A stretch of DNA of 64,000 nt, taken from positions 7,626,001 to 7,690,000 of the forward strand of contig JAWMAR010000048.1 of the NCBI GenBank assembly GCA_036785375.1, written 5' to 3'. Positions 50,386-63,487 of this stretch are shown piece by piece (the stretch's first letter is position 1; every line of letters starts with the position of its first letter). This DNA comes from Leucoraja ocellata (taxonomy: Eukaryota). The notes beneath the pieces are model-generated. The model did no database searches and had not been told where the DNA came from. It saw only the letters and a program-made list of their open reading frames with translations. The translations under genes were made by a program, and so were the position numbers.

Positions 50386-50704
50386 GGAGGGGGAGAGAGT
50401 GCTAGAGATGAGGGAAAATGAGCTGCGCCTGTGGTGCAGTTGGGGGCTATGGGTGAGTGGTGGAATATTGCATAGGGGGACCAAGCATCCTGTGTGACAG
50501 GGATCTGGGTCCCACTTAGTTTAGTACTGTTTACTTTGTGAGCTTCATTGGAACAAGAAATTTGAATCATAAAAGCATATAAACACTGCCATTATTTTTG
50601 CCTTTGCCTTTTTTGATTTAAATTGTCTCTGTTCCATTTTAAGCATAATTAGAAGTTTTGACTTTTAGCACAGTGTTTGAACTAATTGAATGTTTAGTTT
50701 AGTC

Positions 50705-51195
50705 AAGTCGTCACCTATATTTCTAAAAAACAGCTCTTGTTGACCAAAGTGCTTTACATTGGTGGAGGTACTAACGTTATACAACAGTGGTTCATAGATC
50801 AAGTACATACGTAAATACATACATATAGTCCTCCCTCAGAGGACGTCAAGAAAGGCTTGAAATTAAAGATGAGTTTTAAGTCTCGACTTAAAAGATTTGA
50901 TGGAGGGGGCAGTTCTGATGAGAAAAGGGATGCTGTTCCAGTCTAGGAGCTGCAACCACAAAGGCACGGTCACCCCTGAGGTTATGCCTAGACAGCGGGA
51001 TGTTCAGTAACCCCAAGTCAGCTGATCTGAGGGACCAGGAGGTGGTGTGGTGGGTGAGCAGACTTTTGATGTAGATGGGGGCAAGCCCGTTAAGGTCTTT
51101 GTAAACATAAAGAAGATCTTGAAATTTATTCGGAACCGCACAGGGAGCCAGTGGAGAGAGGCCAGTATCGGGGTGATGTGGTCCCTTTTCGGGTG
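50705..51195 (-). mobile_element. L2 LINE 3' fragment
   Basis: Reverse encodes HITPILASLHWLPVR.RI.FKILL and GDRAF.VAAP. Confidence 0.85.
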
Positions 51196-51208
51196 GTCCC
51201 TATTTTTA

Positions 51209-51475
51209 GTTTAGAGATATAGCGTGGAAACAGGATCTTCGGCCCATTGGGTCCTCGCCGACCAACAATCCCTGCATATTAACACTATCCTACACACCAG
51301 GGACAATTTAAAGTTTAAACTGTACGTCTTTGGAGTGTGGGAGGAAGATCTCGGAGAAAACACACACAGGTCATGGGGAGAACGTACAAACTCTGTACAG
51401 ACTGCACCCATAGATGGGAGCGGCGTGGCAAGCATTGTAAGGTAACAACTCTACCGCTGCGCCACAGTGCCGCCA
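51209..51475 (-). mobile_element. V-SINE (HE1-like)
   Basis: Homologous to 4500-4772; ends ctctaccgctgcgccacagtgccgcc. Confidence 0.85.
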
Positions 51476-52762
51476 AAAGACGTCAAATGCCTTCTAAATT
51501 TTTTTTGGTAAAATATATGCTACTGTTCAATGTTGGGACGAATATCTTATATCCCTATCAAAGGAAAATGTCACTTTATTTTTCATGATTCTCCAGTTTA
51601 ATGGTTATTTTGTAACCAAGAGTGCTATAATTTTTCTTCTGAAAATCTCTTTCAAAATTTAACTATTTTTTGCTGCTACCTCAGATGTTGCTGGCATCAA
51701 CATGGATGTGAATGCAATTAGACACAAGTGTGATGTATACTAGTCCAGGGTAATCACCATCATCACATGACTGCTACTGTCATATATGTTGCTGCATTGC
51801 AGTGTATTTGTTTGCCTCCCAGAACTACAATAGATTGGCACAGAATGTGCAACAAACACACAAATATATTGGTCTTTAATGCATGAAAATGTTTAATAGA
51901 TATTATTGGATATTTATTCAGTATCTTCTACCATATTGAGGTTGTTTTTTGGAAGTTAATGCTCCATAAACCGTTTTGCCAAACACATCGTTAGTATTGG
52001 ATTGCTCTGTGATTCCTCATGTCACTCATGATTTGAAATATGTTTGAACAAATTCAACACAAATTTGACAATAACTCATGCAGATAGAGTTACTAACTGC
52101 ATGGATCTAATATTTATATGCAGTAACACGAGTTAGACAAATGTTAATTCAATTAAACAAGTTCATACCAAATCTAATATTTTACGTACTTTTAAAACAG
52201 TTTCTTTTAAGAATTTATGCATGAAACATGGACGTCATGCTAACAAATTGCAAATAGCATGACATTATTTGGAATAAAAATGTCTATTTGAATTTTCTAT
52301 TTATATTGAGTGATAATTTTATGAATAAATTATTTTTTCGGGGAAAAAATGAAACCAAGAACAATTTTTTGACATCAAATACCCCAAAATGTGAAGATTA
52401 ATATCAGTACAGCATTAATTTCAACAGGTCCTTGTATCTTATATTTCCAACCTGTACAATACCTCCTTTCTTAACCCCTCATCCACAAACCGTAATCCAG
52501 ATTATGTTCGTGGAAGATATCAAACCCAGGCACAAAGTCCAGAATGCCACCTATTCTCTCACGTTAATATTTTATTCAACCATGAATGAAATGTTAATTT
52601 GATACTGCATTGGAAAAAAAATTTGCACTAAAGAAGACAATTGCATGCAATGCACCACTTACAACCACATATGCCTTTTCAATTCAAATTGTTAACAAGC
52701 CAGCAGGGTTTAATCTTGTAACTACAAATTCAGCAAAACATCACTTTATGATATGACTACAG

Positions 52763-52975
52763 CAGGGGTTCCCAACTTTTTTCGTCCTGTTTACCCCTGG
52801 CAACTTTAATAGCACATAACAATGTTATTTCACTTATTTATGAACAACTAATGATGAACAGATGCCGGTATACCAGAACCAAACACCGTCAGTCAATGAG
52901 AAAAAATGTACAAATCCAGAATCAACAAATTTACCCCCTAGGTAGGCGAAATTTACCCCAGGCTGGGAACCCTAG
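52763..52975. mobile_element. hAT-Charlie-like MITE, 213 bp
   Basis: CAGGGGTTCCCAAC ... GCTGGGAACCCTAG; 8-bp flanks GACTACAG / CCCTACAG (6/8); internal TTTACCC repeats. Confidence 0.75.
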
Positions 52976-53204
52976 CCCTACAGCATGAAATAATAAACAG
53001 TAGTGATCCAGTGGATCAAATTAACCAGCTAAAAACAACCATACCCTCACTCCATCATCCACTGTACTGATAACTAACGGAAAAACAAACGCAGAGATTA
53101 CAATGCATGATTACCTACGCACACTGATTCACTGACACACAGTTTATGCCGTTAATTCTTAACATGACTGCTCCACGCTGTGCTCTCACTATGCTATTCT
53201 AAGG

Positions 53205-55210
53205 TAGGTGGTATTGTATACAGTGAAGATGGTTAACAGAAATTTCAGGAGCACCTTAATCAGCTGGGCAAGTGGGTCGAGGAATGGCTAATCGAGTTTA
53301 ATGCAAATAAGTGGGAGATGTTGCATTTTGGGAAGTCAAACCAGGTCAGGACCTTCACAGTGACTTGCATGCCCTGGGGAGTGTTGTCGAGCAGAGGGAT
53401 CTAGAAGTACAGATACAGTTCCCTGAAAGTGGTGTCACAGGTAGATAGAATAGTAAAGAAAGCTTTTGGTAGATTGGCCTATATTAGTCAGGGTACTGGG
53501 TACAGAAGTTTGAACATTATGTTACAATTGTACAATATGGTGGTGAGGCCACACTTGGAGAACTATGTTCAGTTTTGAATTAATTATATTGGCCAAGTAT
53601 GTTCAAACACAAGGAATTTGCCTTGGTGCTCCGCCCTCAAGTGACATGATATACAGTGACAGTTTTGAATAACACATAAAACATTAAACATTAATAATAA
53701 AACATTATTGATCTAACAAGTAAATTAAATAAAATACCAGAGCAAAAGGAGGCTACAGATTTTTGTTTATTAAGTAGAGCGACTACTCATGGAAAAAGGC
53801 TGTTTTTATGTCTGGCTGTGGCAGCTTTGACAGTCCGGAGTCGCCTTCCAGAGGGAAGTGATTCAAAGAGTTTGTGGCCAGGGTGAGAGGGATCAAAGAT
53901 GATCTTACCCGCTAGCTTCCTGGCCCTTGCAGTGTACAGTTCATCAATGGAGGGAAGGTTGCAGCCAATTTGCTGATCAGACGATTTGCTGCAGCCTCCA
54001 TGCTTGGTGGCTGAACCAAACCAGACCATGATGGAGAAGGTGAGGACAGACTCTACGATGGCTGCCTCAGGAACTACATCCTCTGTGGTGTCTTTTTGAC
54101 TGTGGAGTCGATAGTAGCCCCCCCATTTAAGGTCCTTGGAGATTATGGTTCCCAGGAACTTAAAAGACTCCACAGATGTGACTGAGTGGGGCGAGGGGAG
54201 GGGGACCTCTCCTAAAGTCTACTATCAATTCCACTGTCTTAAGAGCATTGAGGTCCAGGTTATGCGATGGCACCAGGACGCCAGCTGTGTCACTTCCTGT
54301 CTGTAGGCAGATTCCTCCCCATCCTGGATCAGTCCAATCAGGGTTGTGTCATCTTGCTATTGAGGGAGTGCTTGTACACTCTGGAGTTCAGAAGGATGAG
54401 AGGCATTATTATTGAAACATACAAGATTGTTAAGGGTTTGGACACGCTAGAGGCAGGAAACATGTTCCCGATTTTGGGGGAGTCCAGTACCAGGGGCCAC
54501 AATTTAAGAATAAGGGGTTAGCCATTTAGAACAGAGACGAGGAAACACTTTTTCTCACAGAGAGTTGTGAGTCTGTGGAATTCTCTGCCTCAGAGGGCGG
54601 TGGAGGTCGGTTCTCTGGATACTTTCAAGAGAGTGCTACATAGGGCTCTTAAAGATAGAGTCAGGGGATATGGGGAGGCAGGAATGGGGGACTGATCGGG
54701 GATGATCAGTCATGATCACATTGAATGGCGGTGCTGGCTCGAAGGGCCTGCACCTATTGTCTATTGACTTAAAAGGCTGAGCTCTAGGGGGAAGGTTGGG
54801 AAGGCTAGGACTTTATTCTGTGGAGAGCAGGAGGCTGAGGGGTGATCTTATAGAGCTGTATAAATCATGAGGGTAATAGATACAATAAATGCACAGAGTC
54901 TTTTAGCCAGAGTGGGAGAATCAAAAGCAGGAGGACATGTGTTTAAGGTGAGAGGGACAAGATTTAATATGAACTTGAGGGGCTCCTTTTTCACTCTGCG
55001 GGTGGTGGGTATATAGAACAAGCTGTCAGAGAAGGTAGTTGAAGCAGGTAGCATAACACCATTTAAAATGACACTCGGACAAGGATATGGATAGGAACGC
55101 TTTAGAGGTCTATGGGCCAAATGTGGGCAAACATAGGTGGAGCATTTTGGTCAGGTTGAAGGAGTTGGACCGAAGGGCCAGTTTCTGTGCTGTATAACTA
55201 TTAACTCTAT
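53205..55210 (+). mobile_element. CR1 ORF2 3' part interrupted by Rex1 (-) and a second CR1 tail
   Basis: CR1 motifs at 53205-53577 and 54770-55210; younger CR1 3' end at 54367-54767 with a ctattgt tail. Confidence 0.8.
53580..54352 (-). mobile_element. Rex1/Babar 3' part (same family as 17540-19465)
   Basis: ESFKFLGTIISKDLKWG..AIVESVLTFSIMVWFG..PSHPGHKLFESLPSGRRLR. Confidence 0.92.
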
Positions 55211-55732
55211 TCACAGGCTGAACGTTTTGGCAGAGAATCATGCATTTAAGTATGAAGCACTTTTTGAAGGCAGCCAGCACATTTTAAAAGGAACATGTGT
55301 TGTCTCAGCTGAAATGAAATCTGAACTATGAGAAACGAACAGCAGGGCAAGATGAGAGAAGGTAAAAGGGGATTATCATGGTTTTTATACGCTAAACTTG
55401 CATCTTAAGTCTTAGTTCAGAATGTTAAAGTAGGAATCTTGTCCTCTATCACCACGAGATCCTTAAGATACATAATAGGAGAGTAAAAGCAGAAAATGGT
55501 GAAAATACTTGACGAGATGGAAATAGTCTTAACATTTCAGATCAATGACGTTTCATTAATACATTGAAGGTGTTGACTATTAAGACCAATGGAATGAGTA
55601 AAGCCTTAAAGTTCTGAGAACTTTATTGATCACACAAGTGAGCATTAAGTCGTACATCTCAAAACATAATTTCCCAGAAGCTCTGCTCCACCAAACTCAG
55701 AGACTGCTTCTTGAACAACTTGCTAAGTCACT

Positions 55733-55832
55733 AAGTCTGAAGAAGGGTTTCGGCCCGAAATGTCACCTATTTCCTTTGCTCCATAGATGCTGCTGCACCC
55801 GCTGAGTTTCTCCAGCATTTTTGTGTACCTTT
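55733..55832 (+). mobile_element. 100-bp single-arm Penelope terminal insertion with a hammerhead motif
   Basis: CTGAAGA-A-GGGT(TTCG)GCCC-GAAA-TGTC at 55737-55764; 13-bp TSD TTGCTAAGTCACT at 55720-55732 and 55833-55845. Confidence 0.85.
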
Positions 55833-56149
55833 TTGCTAAGTCACTTGCTAAGAGCTCTTTTTTTTTCTCTATTCCAGCTACTTGACCTCTGTGCATACAT
55901 AAGCCTTCTGTGTAAAATTGGTGCATACAGAAACCAAAACCAAGACAAGGCCCTTCAGAACATCTCAGCCACATTTAAAATATTTGCAAACAATAAACTC
56001 ATTCAGAATCACTGCAATTATGGACAGAATTCAATCAGCAACCATCCCGAACTCACTACAAATGTAAAAAAGATGAGGTACACCGTGTTCATTTACGACA
56101 GCATAAGGACAGTTAGAGCAATGGCCTCCAAAACATACGCTCGAATCGA

Positions 56150-56349
56150 CAATGGTCCGTCGGTGCGCCATGTTCGTGAGCGCCCGTAACCAGGGGCCAG
56201 TGCTCCAGGTGGCATCCTCGAAGGGGCGGGATCCATGTGCACATGTGATTTGATGCCTGCCATCCACTTTGGGTGGGATGGATATGGCCCGCCATCCGCT
56301 CACAGATATGGGTCTTGGCCCCTATGCAGAACAAGGTTGCCAACTCCTG
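56150..56349. mobile_element. hAT-Charlie-like element right part
   Basis: ggcccgccatccgctcacaga..ggcccctatgcagaacaaggttgcc shared with 37090-37217. Confidence 0.65.
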
Positions 56350-57570
56350 GTATAAACATATGTTCATACACTGGTATCCAAACTTCAAATAATTTGGATA
56401 TTTACTCAATTTTATATTTTAAAAAGAAAAACAGAAACCACAATACACAATTCATCAATCTTTGCTTCACCCTAAAAGTTTTTTGATGTTCTGGTTTTCT
56501 TTTTGAGGTGGAATGAAGTTGAAGCAGTCAGTCTTGCACACTGCAGCTTTAACCTGCTATGACAATTTTTTGAATAAGAAAGGAAAATATTTTCAAGAAA
56601 GTCTTTGCAGTTTTACTGAATAGGCAATTGATCAAGTTTTTCATGAAATACCACTATGATGGCCAATGCAGGAAAAGATTAAGTGAATGTGGCAATAGGA
56701 CCTTGAGGAATTGCTCAACCACAATGAGATTTATGTGTCAAATTATGCTACAATCTTAAATTTAAATGCATTCAAAATATAACTTGTAAATTGAAAAACA
56801 CAGATTTTATTAAATCGCAGCCAGGCTACTCAATGGCAATAAAAAACTCACGCTGACTCCCTAGAATGTTTTTCATGCATCAATGAAGTTTACATCAGAT
56901 TATAGAGACAATTCAGCTTCTGTTCTCTGTTCTGCTGTGCCGTAACTGGTCCATCACATCAGCAACAATCCCATCACACACAGCAAGTACAGTCTTATCA
57001 TCTTATCACTAGACCCCAGTGTATGATAGTTTCCTGTTACTGGCAACAAGATTTACTGTCTCACAATTACTGCCGTTATACCATGCAAAAAGTTGATGTA
57101 CATTCAAATTTTTATTTGTTGGATTACTCATTTTATTTATTCTTACTATTAACTTGAAAAATAGGAGGCATTCTAATTATCTCTGTGAGTGATTTGCCTC
57201 CTGTGGTAGACTTCTCTTGAAAAACTTTACATAAACCAAGATTACAGTGACATACTGTAAAACCAATATTATTTTGCATTTTATGAAGCAACAAGCGCCT
57301 AAGCACATAAAATATAGAAGCTGGGCCTCACTGCCTGTTGATGTGAGGCGTGAACAACAGTAACCAAGTCTCTCAAAGTACCAACACTTTTCACTCTCTC
57401 ACCATTTAAAAATATTCTGCCATCCCATATTTTCCTCCAATGTGGATGGATTCCCATTTGTCTACATTATATTCCATCTGTCACGTTTCCTATTCTCTTA
57501 ACTGTACTTTAATGTCTCTCAACAGCTTGATTGGCCAGCATGATTCTTAGGTGAACAAATGATGAAAATA

Positions 57571-59380
57571 CAGTGCCCTTCATAATGTTTGGGACAAAGA
57601 CCCATCATTTATTTATTTGCCTCTGTACTCCACAATTTGAAATTTGTAATAGAAAAAATCACATGTGGTTAAAGTACACAGTCAGATTTTAATAAAGGCC
57701 ATTTTTATACAGTCTGGTTTCACCATGTAGAAATTACTTAGACTTAGTTCCTCCCACACTGTTGAGTGCATTGGGCAGCAAGCTTTCTATTCGGTCATGT
57801 GCAACGTCTTCCACCTTCGATAGGTTAGTGTCCTATTGGGGGGTGGAAGGCGTCGCACATGACCGAACAGAATGGCGAAAGCTTGCTGTCCAATGCACTC
57901 AACAGTGCAGGACGCTAACCTTTCTATGTGGAAATTATAGCAGTTATTATACATAGTCAGGGCACCATAATGTTTGGGCACAGCAATGACATGTAAATGA
58001 AAGTAGTCATGTTTAGTATTTTATTGCCTATCCTTTACATGCAATGAGTGCATGAAGTCTGTGATTCATGGACATCACCAGTTGCTGGGTGTCTTCACTG
58101 GTGATGCTCTGCCAGGCCTGTATTGCAGCCATCTTTAGCTTATGCTTTTTTGGGGGGGCAAGTCCCCTTCAGCTTTCTCTTCAGCATATAAAAGGCATGC
58201 TCAATTGGGTTCAGATTGGGTGATTCACTTGGTCACTCATTGACCATTTTATAGCTTTGAAAAACTCCTTTGTTGCTTTAGCCATATGTTTGGGATCATT
58301 GTCTTATTTTAGAATGAACCGCCGGCCAATGCGTTTTGAGACATTTGTTTGAACTTGAGCAGATAGGATGTGTCTATACACTTCATAATTCATTATGCTA
58401 CAGCCATCAGCAGTTGTATCATCAATGAAGATAAGTGGGCCTGTACCTTCAGCAGCCATACATGCCCAGGCCATAACACCCCCACCACCATGTTTCACAG
58501 ATGAGGTAGTATGCTTTGAATCTTGGGCAGTTCCTTCTCCCCTCCATACTTTGATCTTGCCATCACTCAGATATGTTAATCTTCGTCTCATCTGTCCACA
58601 AGATCTTTTTCCAGAACTGTGGTTGCTCTTTTAAGTACTTCTTGGCAAACTGTAACCCGGCCATCCTATTTTTGTGGCTAACAAGTGGTTTGTATTTCTG
58701 TTCATGAAGTCTTCTGCGGACAGCAGTCATTGACAAATCCACACTTGACTCCTGAAGTTTCTGATCTGTCGGACAGGTGTTTGGAGGGTTTTCTTTTTTA
58801 TAGAGAGAATTCTTCTGTCATCAGCTGTGGAAGTCTTCCTTGGCCTGCCAGAAACTTTGCGATTAGTAAGCTCACCAGTGCTCTCTTTCTTCTTAATGAT
58901 GTTCCAAACAGTTGATTTTGGTAAGCCTAAGGTTTGGCTGATCTCGAACAGTTTTATTCTTGTTTCTCGGTCACATAATGGCTTCTTTGACTTTCATTGG
59001 CACAACTTTGGTCCTCATGTTGATAAACAGCAATAAAAGTTTCCAAAGGTGATGGAAAGACTAGGCGCTGAACGCTCTCTTATACCTGCATTAAGGAGGC
59101 AATTAAACATACCTGAGCAATTACAAACACCTGTGAAGCCATGTGTCCCAAACATTATGGTGCCCTGAAATGGGGGGGGGGGGGGGGGGGGACTATGTAT
59201 AAACACTGCTGTAATTTCTACATGGTGAAACCAAAATGTATAAAAATGACCTTTATTAAAATCTGACAATGTGCACTTTAACCACATGTGATTTTTTTAT
59301 ATTACAAATCTCAAATTGTGGAGTACAGAGGCCAGTAAATAAATGATGGGTCTTTGGCCCAAACATTATGGACGGCACTG
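57571..59380 (-). mobile_element. Tc1/mariner transposon with long inverted repeats, defective transposase
   Basis: TA|CAGTGCC...GGCACTG|TA; about 200-bp inverted repeats; minus ORF VWR..SVKHGGGGVMAWACM..GTGPLIFID typical of Tc1 DDE domains. Confidence 0.95.
57737..57925. mobile_element. Fold-back RTE-like 3' end inserted in the left Tc1 inverted repeat
   Basis: About 57-bp inverted arms; AHDRTEWRKL (RTE C-terminal motif); cttagacttag tail; flanking ATGT(A/G)GAAATTA at 57725-57736 and 57926-57937. Confidence 0.7.
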
Positions 59381-59479
59381 TATCCACAGTTCAACTGAGA
59401 GAGGAAAGGAAACTAGGGAGAGGTTAAGTAAAGGAATTCTAACTCTTAAAGAGAGTTCACTGAAATCACTTAAAAATAA

Positions 59480-60172
59480 ATAGACAATAGACAAAAGTCA
59501 ATAGATGCAGGAGTAGACCATTCAGCCTTTTGAGCCAGCACCACCATTTAATGTGATCATGGCTGATAATCCACAATCAGTACCCCGTTCTTGCCTTCTC
59601 CCCATATCCCCTGACTCCGCTATCTTTAAGAGCCCTAATAAGCTCTCTCTTGAAAGTATCCAGAGAACCAGCCTCCACCGCCCTCTGAGGCAGAGAATTC
59701 CACGGACTCACAACTGTGTGAAAAAGTGTTTCCTCATCTCTGTTCTAAATGCCTTGCCCCTTATTCTTAAACTGTGGCTCCTGGTTCTGGACTCCCCAAC
59801 ATGTTTCCTGCCTCTAGTAATAATCTTATATGTTTGAATAAGATCCCCTCTCATCCTTCTAAATTCCAGAGTATATGCCCAGCCACTCCATTCTCTCAGC
59901 ATATAACAGCCTGCCATCGCGGGAATTAACCTTGTAAACCTACACTTCACTCCCTCAATAGCAAGAATGTCCTTCCTCAAATTAGGGGACCAAAACGGCA
60001 CATTATACTCCAGGTGTGGTCTCACTAGGGCCCTATACACCTGCAGAAGGATATCTTTACTCCAATACTCAACTCCTCTTGTTATGAGGGCCAACATGCC
60101 ATTCGCTTTCTTCACTGCCTGCTGTTCCTGCATGCTTACTTTCATTGACTGATGAACAAAGACCCCCAGATC
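59480..60172 (-). mobile_element. CR1 3' part
   Basis: DLGVFVHQSMKVSMQ.QQAVKKANGMLA..LVRPHLEY..FWSPNLRKD. Confidence 0.93.
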
Positions 60173-61284
60173 CAGATCAGATGAAGGAATAAAAGAGGAG
60201 GCGGGGATGTTAAAAAGAGAGCTGGACGACTGGGCCAAATGGAGATTACAGAACTGTAATAGGTGATGTGCAATGGGAAAGCTGTGACAATGAAGGGATT
60301 TAATCATGACAATATCTTAGATTTCCAACATCCACACAGCATTGCCTCCCCCTGTATGCATATTGCCATTTCAGCATTGATTCCTCCTTTTTTTCTTTCG
60401 TTTTCATTCTCCACCTTATATTTACATCTCCTCCAGTCAATTCACCTGTGATGATTAAACCATAACTATCCCCCAACTATGTTTGCACTACCATCACTTG
60501 TCTTATCACAGACATTCCAAATGACCTCTCCTCCTCTTTAAAGTTTGAAATCAAATATGTTTTAAGTGAAAGGTAATTGACCCGAAACACTGACACTGCA
60601 TCTGCCTTCAAAGATAATGTCCGATCTGTAGAGTACTTCCACTATCTGTTTTGTTTTGCTCCTTGATGCACATTTAATTCAAATTTGACAGATAAAGGAA
60701 ATCTGTTTGCGCTTCCACACAAAAAATACTGACCAAATATGGCTTTAAAATTCACTTCAAATTACACAGCTACATGCAATACAACAACAGCTTTTATTTA
60801 TTTCTACAACTTCACTTGTGAAAGGGGGATAAATCTCAGATTATATCATATACTCATTAAGGAATATGTGCTTGCCATAAATAGGTACAGTCCCTTTTTT
60901 CTTCACATTATGCTTTTTTTCCTCTTTAAACAGCATTCCAATAATCTAATGTGTAATCTAATAAGTAAAGCTGTCACAATACATTTTCTTTCATACTGAT
61001 AGTAGTATTTATTCAAAGCTAGAACGAGAAACTTCAAAACTACTCTAACATGTCCATTCAGATTTCTTTCACCTTTATTAAATATTCCAAAATTACTGCC
61101 ACTGCGCAATGCACTGAATTATTCAATCTTGTCACATAAATGTTCAAACATAAATTACAGGATCAAGGGTGAGACTTATTTGGTGAAGTCTAACGTGTTC
61201 ATCATCTTAGAAGTTAAATGCTTTTCTTCGTGTCAGCTGTAGTTTAGTCCTTTGTTTCTCAATCAAAACCAAGAGATTAATTTG

Positions 61285-61500
61285 CAGTCTAGGGACCCTG
61301 GAACAAATATCTGGACTGATTCTCCAATGCTAAGAGAGTGCTACACTGTCAGATGAGCCATTTCGTGGATGAAATGTTAAACCTGGGTTCTCCCAAGCAA
61401 ATATACATTAAAACAATTCAGAGAAAAGCAGGAGTCATCTCCAGCTGCCTGAACAAATTTAAAAAAGACAGGTGATTTGTCATTATCACATTATTTGCAG
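61285..61500 (+). mobile_element. Deu-domain SINE (AmnSINE1/SacSINE1-like), old
   Basis: gagtgctacactgtcagatgagccatttcgtggatgaaatgttaaacc resembles the Deu-domain core recalled from memory. Confidence 0.6.
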
Positions 61501-61514
61501 AATGGTGGATGTAA

Positions 61515-61705
61515 TATTGAGGAACTCAACAGCATTGGTGGAGGGAAATAGACAACCAACATTTTGGGTCACAAAATCCTTCTTCAGACTGAAGTGTCCT
61601 GACCCAAAACATCTTCTGTCCATTTCCCTCTACAGATGCTGCTTAGCATACTGAGTTTTTCCGGCATTTGCTTTATTACACAAGATTCTAGGATCTGAAG
61701 TCTCT
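61515..61705. mobile_element. Degenerate fold-back Penelope remnant
   Basis: acattttgggtc..ccttcttcagactgaag..gacccaaaacatc palindrome centre. Confidence 0.7.
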
Positions 61706-62039
61706 TCTGTCTAGATATTGGAAGTATGTTTTGAGACAGACTGAAAGGGATACGAATGGCTTTCTATGAAGTCCTTTCTTACTAGCCTTCATTTCTCTGC
61801 CCCCAATTTGGAGTTTTAGATTTGACATCTTTGAGACTATTGTGCTTTCAAGATTTCCAGAAGTCTTCAAGTACTGCTCCTTGACAATCACAAGATCTCA
61901 AAAGCTTTGCACTAATTTTAGCTATTTCTTGTTCTTGTGAATGAAAGCAAGAATTTCACTTTCCCAATAGTTCGGTTGAGAAGTGACAAAATATGGATGG
62001 CAGAACAGTTGAAATAATCTGAATTGCACGACTTGAATC

Positions 62040-62850
62040 CTTGGGTTTTACAGTAGATGGCTTTAAGGATAGTATATATTGAAGTTGTCATCTTCTAAAC
62101 CACCATGGATACCAGAGCCATGCCCATAAATTAGAAGTAAGAAATGTAACCTCGCTATTTAAGAAGAGGGAGAGATGAAACACAGAATTATAACCTAAGA
62201 AGGCTGATATCTATAGCAGGGAAAATGCCTGGCATCTATCATTAATGAAGATAATAGGACTGGGCAGGGTCAATATGGATTTATGAAAGAAAAATCATAT
62301 TAGACAAGTCTGTGGGAATTTTTGAGGCTGTAACTGGCTGAATAGGTAAGGATGACTGGGTATATTTGCATTTTCAGAAAGCCTTCCGCAAGATGCCATG
62401 CAAGAGATTATTCCACAAAATACAGTTCACTGTTTTACATTGAGATGGAATGAGACTGGGCAAAAAACAGAGAACACAAATGAGTCAATTTCAGTTTGGC
62501 AGATGAAATATTATGTGGACAAAAAGGAAGTTCATCCACATTGGTCAAAAAAATATAAAGACAGAGTATTTCTAAAATAGCAGGAGTTGGAAAGGTGTTA
62601 ATGATCTAAAAGACCCAGGTATCCTTGTAACATGAATCACTGATTGCTAACAGGTTCAGCGGATTCAACACAGCAAACAGAATGTTGTTCATAATTACAA
62701 GGATATTTGCATGCAAGAGTAGGGATATCTTGGTCCAATTGTGCAGACCCCTAATGTGATTGCATCCAGAATACTGCGTTCACATTTGGCTCCTTCTCAA
62801 GGAAAAATAAATTGGCACTGGAGAGAATATAATGAAGGTTCACAAGCTAG
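62040..62850 (+). mobile_element. Highly degenerate CR1 ORF2
   Basis: NVTSLFKK, Q.GFMK.KS, VYL.FQKAF, WQMKY.VDK remnants. Confidence 0.65.
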
Positions 62851-62879
62851 ATTCCTGGGATCGCACAAGAGACCGTACA

Positions 62880-63075
62880 TGCTGGAAGGTAGACACAAAA
62901 TGCTGGAGTAAATCAGCGGGACAGGCAGCATCACTGCAGATAAGAAATGGGTGACATTTCGGGTCGAGACCCTTCTTCAGACTGATGTCAAGGGAGTGGG
63001 CGGGACAAAGATAGAATGTAGTCGGAAACAGTAAGACTGGTGGGAGAACTGGGAAGGGGGAGGGGATAAAGAGGG
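62880..63075 (-). mobile_element. Penelope pLTR fragment with an intact hammerhead core
   Basis: Minus strand 62980-62953 reads CTGAAGAAGGGTCTCGACCCGAAATGTC. Confidence 0.85.
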
Positions 63076-63487
63076 AATCTAGAATGCTGGAATCCAGAGC
63101 AGCAATCAATCTGCTGGAGGAAGTCAGTGGATCAAGCAGCATCTGTGGGGAGGAAAGGAAGTGTCTTTCTCTCAATAGATGCTGCTCAAGCTGCTGTGTT
63201 CGTCTTGCAGAATATTTGCTGCACTATTGTGGTCTAATATTATTGATTATTAATTCATTATATAATTGATTAATGTATATTTATTTGTATGTTATTATTA
63301 ATGGGCCTATAATGCTGCAGCGTGTAAGAATTTCATTGTTCTGTGCCAACAATTAAACAACCTTGACTGACTCCCGATTAGATTCTTGCAAAACTGCTTT
63401 GTTTAAGGAGGACAAATTAAGCCATGAACTTAGAAGCACAAGAGATGATTCAATTGAAACACACAACATTTTCATGAGACTTGACTT

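Larger units (their letters stand above)
49045..50525 (+). mobile_element. Helitron-like non-autonomous element
   Basis: GC-rich block with sharp edges; 3' hairpin GGGATC-TG-GGTCCC followed by TTAG|T (CTAG|T-like); no TIR or TSD seen. Confidence 0.4.
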
